Shown in pieces: positions 51,825 to 63,422 of a stretch of 64,000 nucleotides of DNA; within the stretch, counting starts at the first letter, position 1, and every line of letters starts with the position of its first letter. The notes beneath the pieces were generated by a model. It saw nothing but the letters and a program-made list of their open reading frames with translations, searched no databases and had not been told where the DNA came from. The stretch covers positions 78,182,001 to 78,246,000 of the forward strand of contig NC_043005.1 in assembly GCF_006345805.1 (NCBI RefSeq), written 5' to 3'. The stretch is from Octopus sinensis (lineage: Eukaryota). The position numbers and the translations under genes were made by a program.

Positions 51825-52269
51825 ATGTAGTTGAAAAAGAATTGGGAATATGTATCATATATGACGCAGGGAAATGGCAATATTTTTCCTGAGCATCACA
51901 TGTGATATACAGGACAGGAAAAGGATAAACATATAAGACATGCAAAAGAATATGCTACCATCGTCATATCTAACCCCACGTTAACATAATCAAAAGGAAA
52001 TTTTGTAGCCCTTAAATCTGGCCCCTAACCCGCTTCTTGTTACACTCCCGCTTCATTAAGCCACTGCTTACTTATCAAACAGAAGAAGGAAAGACAATAT
52101 GCAATGTATTTCTTGCTATTTAGTAACCATGTAAGTACTAGTTTCGCAGATCTGTGATCAAAGGGGTTCCAGCTGTGACTCCTTTTTTTATATGATGACA
52201 GAATGGGATATGAGGGATAAGTGGCTGCTATTTACAGCAGATCATCGAACAGCGTATTATAGGTTCCTT

Positions 52270-52474
52270 TCATCTAGTGAGGGTGGTGATGGTGGTGGTG
52301 ATAGTAGTGTGTAGTAGTAGCAGCAGCAGTAGAAGTGTTCGTGGTGGTAATGGTGGTGACGATGACAGTAGTATTAGTAGTAGTAGCAGTAGTAGTGGTA
52401 GTAGTAGTAGAAGTCGTAGTAGTAGTGGTTGTAGTAGTAGTGGTAGTATCAGCAGTAGTAGTGTTAGTGACGGT

Positions 52475-52506
<32 letters not shown>

Positions 52507-52594
52507 AATTGATGGTAGTAGTAGTATCAGCAGTAGTAGTATTGGTGACGGTAGCAGCAACAGCAACAGCAGCAGTGGTAGCAGTAGTAGTAGC

Positions 52595-52626
<32 letters not shown>
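52270..52626. repeat. Compound (AGT/AGC/GGT)n array with a higher-order duplicated block
   Basis: GTAGTATCAGCAGTAGTAGT(G/A)TT(A/G)GTGACGGTAGCAGCA occurs twice (~52443, ~52521). Confidence 0.85.
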
Positions 52627-53663
52627 CGTTTCTGTGACAAGGCCACAAATTCTCAACTAGAAGACAGTCAAGTCGAAACCAACTGTTTCCACTTGACGTA
52701 TTTCTATTAACTCGTAAAGAAAAGAAACGGTAAATCTATCGACTTCCAGCGTGGAGTTTGAACTCAGAACGTAAATGATTGCAATATATTTCTCTAGACT
52801 TTCTATAATTTCAGTTCACAGTAGATTGCCATGAAGAATAATATGGGTTTATTTCAAATATTAGCATTTATGGTTCTGTGGATGACTTCATGGAGTCTCT
52901 CTCGTCCATTTATAAACCTTACTTGTCTTTCTATCTCCAGCTGTTTGGTCCCATTTGTATCTCTCTGTCTACATCGAATATAATCCGTTAAATTAAGCAC
53001 TTGCCATAGTTTATTAGGAATATTAGGTAGCGTTGCTAGGCGACGAATGCCTGGAAGTTATCGATGACACCTGAAGCAAAAGTTATATAGAAAGACAAGT
53101 GAATAAATAGTATTTTCTTATGAATAATTCTGCTTTCTTGACTAACATCGTAGCTTGTTTTGTATATTTGTGTATACAATTTCATGGTTAGCTTCAAGGC
53201 TGACAACACTGTGCAACTGCAGGCTATGCTCTGCAGTTAAGATGTTCGTTTCGTAACAATGGAGTTTTGGGCTCAATCCCACTTCGTAGTATCTCAAACA
53301 CTTGTCATATAAATAGATATCGCGTATTCACCATTATGTTGACAGTGCAATTTCATGGATGGAAACTATTCGGAAGACCGTGAAAGTATAGCTAATCATG
53401 TAAATATCGCTGTGCAGTTAAGAAGTTCGTTTTACAACTGCAGTGCAACAGCTTCGATCCCACTTTGCCACCCCTAAAACAACTGTCTTATACCATAGGG
53501 ATTCTTCATCAACACTCGAGGGCAATTTCAACGATGGTTACTATAGCTAGGTATATAGACATCGCTGAGCAGTTTCAAAAATTTGTTTCACAACCATAGG
53601 GTCTGTGGATCGGTCCCACATCGAAGTGCCTCAATCAATCATTTTACATCAAAGTCTTAACAT

Positions 53664-53885
53664 GGAGGCGTAGTGGTTCGGGTGTCGAAATCATGATCGT
53701 AAGATTGCGGTTTCGATTCCTAGACCGAGCAATGTGATATGTCCTTGAGCAAGACACTTTATTTCACGTTGCTCCAGTCCACTCAGCTAGGAAAAACGAA
53801 TATTCCTGCGACGTAGGGGAAAATATTTGTACGCCTCAGAAGCCGAAAAGAAAAACAGTCCTGTGAGATTGAGAAAGATCTTATG
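53664..53885 (+). mobile_element. tRNA-derived SINE family F
   Basis: GGAGGCGTAGTGGTT...GGTTTCGATTCC head; GTCCTTGAGCAAGACACTTTATTTCACGTTGCTCCAGTCCACTCAGC core. Confidence 0.8.
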
Positions 53886-54044
53886 GCTCTTTGCTACTCA
53901 CAGAGTAATATGGAAGATCCATCCAACCGCCCATAGTCCTTACGTAGTTCATCAGTACACTGTTAGGAGAATTTGAAGGATAGTAACCTTGAGAAAAATC
54001 GCCCTATAGATGTGGTAAGGTGGGTGCCTTTGTTTTTAATTACT

Positions 54045-54616
54045 GAAATTTGTGGGGAGAAAACTAGTCGATTACATCGATACCAGTGCGTAACTGGTAC
54101 TTATTTGATCCGCCCCGAAAGGACCAGAGACAAAGTCGACCTCGGTGGAATTTGAACTCAGAACGGAAAGACGAATGAAACGCCGCCAAATATTTTGCTT
54201 GCCGTGCTAACGATTCTACCACCTGTCGGCTTAACAACAATAATAATAATAATCCTTTCTACTACGGGCACAAGGCCTGAAATTTGGGGAGCAGGGAACA
54301 GTTGATTACATCGCCCCAGTTTTTCACTGGTACTTAATTCATCGGCAGAATTCGAACTCAGAACGTAACTGCAGACGAAATACCTATTTCGTTACTACCC
54401 ACAAGGGGCTAAACACAGAGAGGACAAACAAGGACAGACAAACGGATTAAGTCGATTATATCGACTCCAGTGCGTAACTGGTACTTATTTAATCGACCCC
54501 GAAAGGATGAAAGGCAAAGTCGACCTTGGCGAAATTTGAACCCAGAGAGTAACGGCAGACGAAATGCGGCTACTCATTTCGCCCGGCGTGCTAACGTTTC
54601 TGCCAGCTCACCGCCT
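54045..54616 (-). mobile_element. Three SINE family C copies (54045-54235, 54252-54372, 54385-54616)
   Basis: Last copy near consensus; others partial. Confidence 0.85.
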
Positions 54617-54961
54617 TTTTACTCACTAATAATAATGATAATTTCCTGGTATCGATTTTTTTTCTGTCTTCTCACTTTACAAAAGCTTTTACGGTTTTTT
54701 AAGAAAAGTGGAATTCGAACGTTGAAGGATTTTAGCAGCATTTGAAGAGAAACGTCATTCAGAAGACAGTGCCAGTATTTCACCGTTCTGGCTCATCAAC
54801 CAGATTCTATCTTGGTCAAACAAATACTTAACAACAAACTATTTGTTTTCCTTCTTGTCTCCGTAACAGCGCAATACCTTATTCCACAAGGAAAATTACA
54901 TGAAGATACTATTACTGTTTATTCCCTCACCTCTCTCTTCCTCCGTCTCCCTCTCCTGCTC

Positions 54962-55035
<74 letters not shown>
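54962..55035. repeat. (TATC)n microsatellite abutting the LINE remnant
   Basis: Direct tandem repeat. Confidence 0.95.
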
Positions 55036-55037
<2 letters not shown>

Positions 55038-55670
55038 CAAACGGGAAGGAAGAGCTATTTTCATCATCCTTGTGGCTATGGCGAAAGAATGTATCTGGTG
55101 GACGCGTCTGAAAGGATTGGAGACAAACACTTTCCTCTCTGGTCAATCTCTCATCAACTTCTTCAAGTACCACTTGAAAAGGAAAGTGAGAGTAGAGAGG
55201 CAAGTTTTGTCTAGCGAATGTTTTAAAAAAAGATGGGTGAATGTAGCAAGAATGGTACGTATGAATGACGAAGCATTGATCCTATGAGCATGATCCTATG
55301 AACCCAGAAATTGAAAACAGAGTTGCTTATTCGCAAAAAAAAAAAAAAAGAAATATAACATGTGACTCCATTGACCGAGGCTACCGTGGTCTTTTCCGTA
55401 GGCTTTTCTTTCCACGGGTAAACCTCACCTGTCCTCCCCTTTACACTTCATATTGACATTTCTGTGATAACGATCCCTATTGATCAATTTTTTTTTTTTC
55501 CTCCCCCCTTTTTTTTTAACCCCCCTTTTTTTGTCCTCTTTCTCTCCTTTTACGATCCCTTTTGATCGAAACTCCCCCCCCCCCTTTTTTTTTAAAAACC
55601 TTCAAAAGAAAAGCTCTACCTTGTAATTTGTTCTATCTGTGTGCAGCCCTGTGTGGCTAATAAAGAAACA
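55036..55670 (+). mobile_element. Tx1/L1-like LINE 3' end: ORF2 C-terminus (55036-55287) plus 3' UTR
   Basis: Open frame IILVAMAKECIWWTRLKG...FFKYHLKRKVRVERQVL...FKKRWVN resembles the Tx1 ORF2 end; UTR ends AATAAAGAAACA then (TATC)n. Confidence 0.65.
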
Positions 55671-55716
<46 letters not shown>

Positions 55717-55717
<1 letters not shown>

Positions 55718-55962
55718 TCCGTAGGCTTTTCTTTCCACGGATAAACCTTATCTGCTTTCCCCCTTTACACCTTACATCATGACATTTCTGTGATACACGA
55801 TCCCTATTGAGCTTTTTTTCTTCTTTCTTCCTTTTTTTCTTTCCCTTTTGCGATCCCTTTTGATCGAAAACCTACCCCACTTTTTTTTCTCCACAAAAAG
55901 AAAAGCTCTACTTTGTAATCTGTCCCGTCTGTGTGCAGCCCTGTGTGGCTAATAAAGAAACA
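55717..55962 (+). repeat. Second tandem copy of the LINE 3' UTR
   Basis: Collinear with 55394-55670; followed by (TATC)n to ~56105. Confidence 0.85.
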
Positions 55963-56033
<71 letters not shown>

Positions 56034-56711
56034 ATATCTATCTATCTATCTATCTTATCTATCTATCTATCTATCTTATCTATCTATCTATCTTATCTAT
56101 CTATCCTACTACTTTACGCTGCTTGACAAGTTGTTTAAGGTTGTTAGCATGTCTATTATTTTACTTGAACATGTTAAATGTCACTTTAATAGTTATCTTT
56201 AAACCGAAGAACAATTTTTTTTTCTGAAGAACAGTGTAAATTAAAAGATATTATAGATGTCGTTTGGGGAATCGTCTGGTTATTATATCGTGAGTTTATC
56301 AAATTACAAGGGCAGAATTCTCTCATGCATGTTTTCAGTTCCCTTAACTACAGGAATTAAAGACCGAAATAAAGATAAATACGTAAATAAATAAAATGAC
56401 AGACGTATGATAAGAAAAGGGAAATAAAATGAAGACCATTAAAAAGAATAGTTGAGTGATGTTGAATATTACATAAGAAGACGTGGGTGAAAAGAAAGAG
56501 ATAATCTTTCCAATAGAGTGAATGAAAAACTTGTCACAGAGGAAGGGAATTATAAAGTGGACCCTGAAAAAGTAGTAAAATAAAGTTTTTGAAGATATCC
56601 ACTAAAAAAGAAACAACAGATTAAAAAAATATATTTATAAATTTGCAAGGTTGCAAAATTACTCTATTAAAATACTGAGATAATCATCCAAATTTTTCAA
56701 TGAAAATACGA

Positions 56712-57046
56712 AGTGACTTACTGGCATTCCGTCGGTTTGCGACGATGACTGTATCAGTTGATCCGATAAATGGAATAGCTTGTTCGTGAAATTAACGTGG
56801 AAATGGCTGAGCGCTCCACAGACACGCGTATCCCTAACGTAGTTCCCAGGGAGATTCAGCATAACACAGAATGTGATAAAGCTGGCCCTTTGAATTACAG
56901 GTAACACACAATTTTACAAGATTAGTGAACTGGAGCAATGTGAAATAAAGTGCCTTGCTCAAAGACATACAATGCAATCTCGGAAATCGAACTCACGACC
57001 TTGTGATCGTGAACTGAACACCTCTAATCACTAAGCTACGCACCTT
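56712..57046 (-). mobile_element. SINE family F
   Basis: GAACTGGAGCAATGTGAAATAAAGTGCCTTGCTCAA...GAAATCGAACTCACGACC. Confidence 0.8.
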
Positions 57047-57084
57047 TAAGCGAAGTGACTAAAGATATACAGAAGACACCATAA

Positions 57085-57394
57085 AAGTTTCAAATTTTGG
57101 CACAAGGCCAGCAATTTCAGGGACGGGGGTTAACTCGAATTCATCGACCCAAGTGCTCAACAGTTACTTATTTTACTGACACAGAAAGGATGAAAGGTAA
57201 TGTCAAACACAGCAGAATTTGAACCGGAAGAAATTTCGCTAACCATTTTCAGAGGTCGACTTTGCCTTTCATCCTTTTGAGGTCGATAAATAAAGTACCA
57301 GTTACGCACTGGGGTCGATGTAATCGACTTAATCCCTTTGGCTGTCCTTGTTTGTCCCCTCCATATTTAGCCCCTTGTGGGCAATAAAGAAATA
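57085..57394. mobile_element. SINE family C pieces: minus 57085-57250, plus 3' half 57253-57394
   Basis: Plus copy ends GCCCCTTGTGGGCAATAAAGAAATA then (TATC)n. Confidence 0.8.
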
Positions 57395-57404
57395 TATCTA
57401 TCTA

Positions 57405-57461
<57 letters not shown>

Positions 57462-57520
57462 TTACCTGTCTGTCGCTCTTTCTATCTATCTGTCTGTCTG
57501 TCTATCTGTCTATCTATCTA

Positions 57521-57567
<47 letters not shown>

Positions 57568-57594
57568 GTTTCTCTGTCTGTCTGTCTATCTATT

Positions 57595-57669
<75 letters not shown>

Positions 57670-57720
57670 CTGTCTGTCTATCTATCTATCTGTCTGTCTG
57701 TCTGTTTATCTATCTATCTA
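57395..57720. repeat. (TATC)n/(TGTC)n compound microsatellite
   Basis: Direct tandem repeat. Confidence 0.95.
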
Positions 57721-58744
57721 TTTTGTCTGGCGTGCTAACGATTCTGCTCTCTCACCACTAGACACTAAATAAAAGTCATGAAGCCTTTATAAGTCGCATA
57801 TTAAACAAACTAGACATTAGTAATGTAAAATGCGAATGAGCAGTTAAGAGAGGAAAAATTACCAATTTCACAAGATTTATTAGAAACGTTTCATGAAACA
57901 AAGCATACGTTTTTTGAAGTAAAACCCTTCAAACGATGTTTGTTTAACTAACATGTAATAAACTCTAGTCGTATATGACTACCTTGTGTTCGGTTTCTGT
58001 TGAAGTTAATATTAGAAAAAGTTCTATCAAAAAATATTCTCATTAAGAACTGTAAGAAAATTGTATGTGCTAAAAATGCTTTTATAGCGCAGCCAAAATA
58101 TATGGATTTCTTGCACTGAACTGGTTTATTAAAGAATTTGATATATTAGATCGTAACATAAGGAACTGATCAGCAATCTCCATACATTCTTAGCAATAAA
58201 CCATTAATTCTGCAAATGCATTCCAAACGAAATAGTTGGCATATGACTAATGTATGTCACGTGATAATTTAATAGAGTGATGTGATTACTAATTCTAAAC
58301 ATTGCTTTATGCAACTTAATGTGAAAACCTAACCCATACAAAATGAAGGATATCAGTCATCCATGCAGCAGCATTGGAATTCTCTCAAGAATATTGGCAT
58401 ATATTCTCATCAGATGAAATGTCAGCGAAGGTTATGATTAAAGCGGTTATACAATGGCACATTTTTCTCATGATAATGTTGCATTTACATGGCTTCTAAG
58501 CTTTTACTGTCATGCAGATATTCCATAATGTAAACCAACAGATAGCTCCTCTCTCAGTGTGAAAATAGGGACCTAAGTGAAGTAGCTACGTTAGCTGCAT
58601 TACAGCATTATCTATAAAGGGATGAACCAATATGCTTACATGAATATCACGAAAGTGTCAAGTTTTTAAAAAAAGAAAATAATTCATTTCTTGCAATGTG
58701 CCTTAAATGAAATCCGTTCTGCATTCTTTTATTCTTATATTCTC

Positions 58745-58970
58745 TTATTCTTATCTTGTTTCAGTCACTGAACGGCATCATGCTAGAGCACTGCTTCGAA
58801 GTACTTTGTTTTAAATTTTTAGATCTGATACTTATTTTACCGGTTTCTTTAATCCGAACTACTATGTCAGGAAGATGTAAACAAACCAACACTGGTTGTC
58901 AAGCGGTAGTACAGACCAAACAGTCCTCATATAGGGCTTAGTAGAATACACTTGTCCAAGGTGCCGCACA
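58745..58970 (-). mobile_element. Degenerate SINE family A
   Basis: TTGTTTCAGTCA...GGTTGTCAAGCGGT...ACACTTGTCCAAGGTGCCGC. Confidence 0.65.
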
Positions 58971-58971
58971 G

Positions 58972-59022
<51 letters not shown>

Positions 59023-59036
59023 ATACATATATATAT

Positions 59037-59078
<42 letters not shown>

Positions 59079-59146
59079 AATAGTAATGGTAATACAACAA
59101 AACATATAAATGAGACCTCGATATTATGTAAATATGGGAATCTATC

Positions 59147-59428
59147 TGTAATATAATATGTGACAATTATTCGGTTGCCGTAATAAGACTCCGAGTTTCG
59201 GATGTCAGGGGTGAAAACTGCTCCGGCATCTCGTCAGTTATCGAGGCAGTGATAAAATGCCTTTAATTTGGATAATGTCCTTCCTAAACCGATCTTGTAC
59301 GGGTCCATTGGTATTTGTAGTTAAAGCTAGGGCATCATGTTTTGATTGCCGGAGCAGTTTTCCACCCCGACATCCGAAACTCGGAGTCTTATTATGGCAA
59401 CCGAATAATTGTCACATATTATATTACA
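59147..59428. mobile_element. MITE-like element with ~82-bp near-perfect TIRs (TGT...ACA ends)
   Basis: Arms differ at about 3-4 positions; ~115-bp spacer. Confidence 0.85.
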
Positions 59429-59666
59429 CACACACCACACATGCATATACATACATACATACATACATATATACATACATACATACACACATACACACAT
59501 ACATACATACATACATACATACATACATACATACACATACATACATACATACATACATACAAACACACGTATATGTATGAAACATGAACCACACAAAGCG
59601 TATAGCAGTCGTAAGGTTGGTGGTCGAAGAGGTTTGGTGGCGGGTATTCTTTCTGTTCTGCTAAGT

Positions 59667-59924
59667 CAGCGGTTCTCAGCCGAGGTTGATATGGCCCCTT
59701 GTGAGGTCCATATAAGAAATTTTCATCAAAATTTATCTGTAATAAATTGTTTATACTTCTGCTATACCCAAAGTTTTTAATAATAATATATATACGGTTC
59801 CTAATAATATTTGAGTATAAAACTATACGCTTTTAAATGCATCGAATGGCTACGATGGTCCATCTTCGTAAAATTGGAATCAAAAGAAGTCCATAGGCAA
59901 AAAAAAAATGGCTGAAAAGCACTG
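59667..59924. mobile_element. hAT (Charlie-like) non-autonomous element
   Basis: TIRs CAGCGGTTCTCAGCC / GGCTGAAAAGCACTG; 8-bp flanks TGCTAAGT and TGATAAGC (6/8, central TA). Confidence 0.75.
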
Positions 59925-60269
59925 TGATAAGCCAACAGTAATCAAAGACAAACGACGTCTTAATGAACGCTTAGAGGTTTTTGATACAACAAAGAAACAG
60001 ATAATTATCAATGATTTTGATTCTAGCCAGCAACAGAAGTGAGAAAATGCACTTGTCTGTGTCTGCAACTGCACCTGAGAACCTCTAGATAGCTACACGG
60101 TCTGCTAGAAATGGTTGAGAAATCTTACTCAAAGTACGCGCCTACCGTCTTGATAAATGAACACATTGGCTTGTGCCGTTTGATATACATCATGTTTGAA
60201 TAAAAGACAAGGTGACTATGAGTAGAACTAAAAACCAGCAACAGCAACACCCCTACCAACAGCAGGAGT

Positions 60270-60456
60270 GGAGGCGCAATGGCCCAGTGGTTAGGACAGC
60301 GAACTCGCGGTCGTAAGAACGTTATTTCGGATCCCAGACCGGGCATTGTGAGTGTTTATTGCGCAAAAACACCTAAGCTCCACGAGTCTCCGGCATGGGG
60401 TGGTGGTGAACCCCGCTGTACTCTTTCACCACAACTTTCTCTCACTCTTTCTTCCT
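60270..60456 (+). mobile_element. SINE family B head and body
   Basis: Collinear with 5995-6185. Confidence 0.85.
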
Positions 60457-60819
60457 AAGTCTGCCACAAAGCAGAGGAACCATGGTGTAACCCCCTATGG
60501 TGTGGTAAAATTTCAGACCCTAGTCTAGATTGTGAATCCTCTGTACCCCAGGATGGTTCAGCTCTCCACCCGTTAAAAGCCACCGTTTACGGAATGCAGA
60601 TAACAACGTAGCTTTCGCACCCGTGCAACCGCCAGTCTATTGCATATGGTGGGTGGATCTTCAAGTTGCCACACGCATTCTTAGTAGCATAGAGTAGGCT
60701 CGAATTAGAGATTATTCTTTGTGGCTAATGGCGTGAGTCCTAATTGGAAGAAGAAGACAACAACAGGAACGGTAACAACAACAACAACCACGGTCATTTC
60801 TGTTTAATCACTGTTGTGG

Positions 60820-60990
60820 ATTGGCAGTATCGTTCAAGCGTCGGGGGAAAAAACGCTGTGATATATTTGTTTCGGTTCTTTGTGGGCCGAGTTCAAATCA
60901 CGCTGATGTTACCGTTGGTTTTCATCCCTCCAGAGTCTATAAAATAAAGTACTAGTAATGTACCAAGATCGATTTACTCGTCAAATTCCC
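60820..60990 (+). mobile_element. Degenerate SINE family C
   Basis: TGGCAGTATCGTT...GAGTTCAAATC...TTCATCCCTCC...AAATAAAGTACTAG. Confidence 0.55.
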
Positions 60991-61101
60991 TGATCTTTAA
61001 ACGTTCTGTGAAGCCAAATGGTTTATTTCAGGTTATCTTAAAGAACAGTGAACCCAAGTCAAAACATCAGTGACGCGTTTGTTGTTGTTGTTGTTGCTGC
61101 T

Positions 61102-61132
<31 letters not shown>

Positions 61133-61404
61133 TTGTTGTTTCACTCCATTTCTCACCTATACGAGTAGACATATGAGCGAACGCAATCTCGGTGTTGCAG
61201 TATCGATTCCATGTCATTTGTCAAGCAACAAAAACGGTTTTGTGTTCTGGCGGAATCTCTCCTTCTTTTCTTTGCTTCTGACTTGCATGCTAAGGAACTT
61301 TAAAACAAGAACATCCGAAATATTTTGGCTATACATATCTAACATTATTCTACATAAGGCATCCTTCACAAATATATATTTATTTATTTTGAGACGCCTG
61401 GTTG

Positions 61405-62292
61405 AGATTTGAAGGTGATTTGGCTGCTATTATTACCATATTTAATGGCATTTACCGGTGCTCCGTCTGTTATGATGACGAGGGTTCCAGTTCATTCCTT
61501 CAACTGACCAGCCTGCACGTGAAATTAAACGCATACTCTTAACGTAGTTCTCAAGGAGATTCAGTGAGACACAATGAAACAAGACTGGCCCTTTGAATAA
61601 AAAGTGCCAGTCTTGTTACATTGCTTCTCTATTCTCAAGTAGGTCTCTATTCTCACTCCTTTTCAAGAAGTACTCTATTCTCACTCTCTATTCTCTATTC
61701 AAGTAGTACTCTATTCTCACTCTCTATTCTCTATTGAAGTAGTACTCTATTCTCACTCTCTATTCTCTATTCAAGTAGTACTCTATTCTCACTCTCTATT
61801 CTCTATTCAAGTAGTACTCTATTCTCACTCTCTATTCTCTATTAAAGTAGTACTCTATTCTCACTCTCTATTCTCACTCCTTTTTAAGAAGTACTCTATT
61901 CTCACTCTCTATTCTCTATTGAAGTAGTACTCTATTCTCACGCTCTATTCTCTATTCAAGTAGTACTCTATTCTCACTCTCTATTCTCTATTCAAGTAGT
62001 ACTCTATCCTCACTCCTTTTCAAGTAGTACTCTATTCACGACTTCCTTTTCAATTAGTACTAGAAATTAAGGAAAGTGGCGTTGCAATTTTCGCTGACAA
62101 CAGGATTCTTCTTACACGTGACAGCAGCCGTTCGACATAAGGTACAACTCATTTTTGTCAGCTTAGTGGACCGGAGCAACGTGGTAATAAAGCGTTTTGC
62201 TCAAAAACGTAACGCGCCGCCCGCTCCAAGAATCTAACCCACGATCTACCGATCGGAAATGCAACATCCTAACAACTAGGCCACTGGCCTTC
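61405..62292 (-). mobile_element. SINE family F split into 61405-61604 and 62139-62292 by an insertion
   Basis: The two halves join into the sequence seen contiguous at 56712-57046. Confidence 0.65.
61627..62060. repeat. 36-bp minisatellite (~12 units, some truncated)
   Basis: Unit CAAGTAGTACTCTATTCTCACTCTCTATTCTCTATT, head-to-tail, no spacers. Confidence 0.95.
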
Positions 62293-63019
62293 ACATATAA
62301 CCCAACAGATACAAGCATCAATATACAAACTGTTTTGAAATATGCTTAGGCCTAAACGTTCACGGATTAGCGAGGTTATTGTGTTCACAGAACGGACTGA
62401 ATGTTGGAGAAAATGATCGTCCTGTACCCTGTCAGGTTATGTGTTCAAATCTCCGAAGATCACCTGTATCGGTTATCCTTCTAAGTCGGTAGAGCAACGT
62501 ACCATTGTAGCACTGGGATCGATGCGAAAGACAGTTCTCTCTCTATAAAATGTGTGACTCCATTACAATTCAATACTTGCATATACCTGAAGCAACACAA
62601 GAACATCATTTATTTATAGTCACGAAGGAGATATTTAAAACAAAACAAAGCAAATAAAAAAATTGAAGTCAGTATAACTTTTTTACACTGTCGTCTCTCC
62701 TCCTTCCCTCCCCCCTCTCACTTTCTCTCTCTCTTGGAAAAGACACTCTGCTGCAAGAATCTTTAAGATCTGAATATTTTCAGAAATATGATATCGCTGT
62801 GTCTAATGACGTCATGTACATAATATCAGATAACGATTCACAAGACTAGGAGTAAAAAGAACTGTGAATTAGAAAGAAAAGACAAAAGAATTTATGTAAA
62901 TGTCGAAAGATATACCCGAGAAAAGGATGAAAGGGGTTGGCGGATGGTACTGTTAGATACAGAGAGAGAAAGAGGGGAGAGGGAGGGGGAAGAAAAGGGG
63001 AGAGAGAGACAGACTAACA

Positions 63020-63049
63020 AATAGATAGATGATAGATAGATAAACAGAC

Positions 63050-63080
<31 letters not shown>

Positions 63081-63114
63081 GATAGAGAGAGAGAGAGAGA
63101 GACCTACAGACAGG

Positions 63115-63184
<70 letters not shown>

Positions 63185-63200
63185 AACAAACAGATAGATA
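63020..63200. repeat. (GATA)n/(GACA)n compound microsatellite
   Basis: Direct tandem repeat. Confidence 0.95.
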
Positions 63201-63422
63201 TATTTCTTTATTGCCTACAAGGGGCTAAACTTAGAGGGGACAAACAAGGACAGACAAAGGGATTAAGTCGATTACATCGACCCCAGTGCGTAACTGGTAT
63301 TTATTTATCGACCTCGGAAGGATGAAAGGCAAATTCGACGTTGGCGGAATTTGAACTCAGAATGTAACGGCAGACGTAATACGAATAAGCATTTCCGTAA
63401 TACGGCTACGCATTTCGCCCGG
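63200..63422 (-). mobile_element. SINE family C, well conserved
   Basis: TATTTCTTTATTGCCTACAAGGGGCTAAAC...GCATTTCGCCCGGC. Confidence 0.9.

Noticed and set aside
52270-52660. Thr/Ser-rich mucin-like ORFs
   Set aside because: Degenerate trinucleotide array open in several frames on both strands; no signal peptide or splice evidence.
61627-62060. 36-bp repeats as a CRISPR array
   Set aside because: Units are contiguous with no unique spacers, no cas genes, and the context is eukaryotic.
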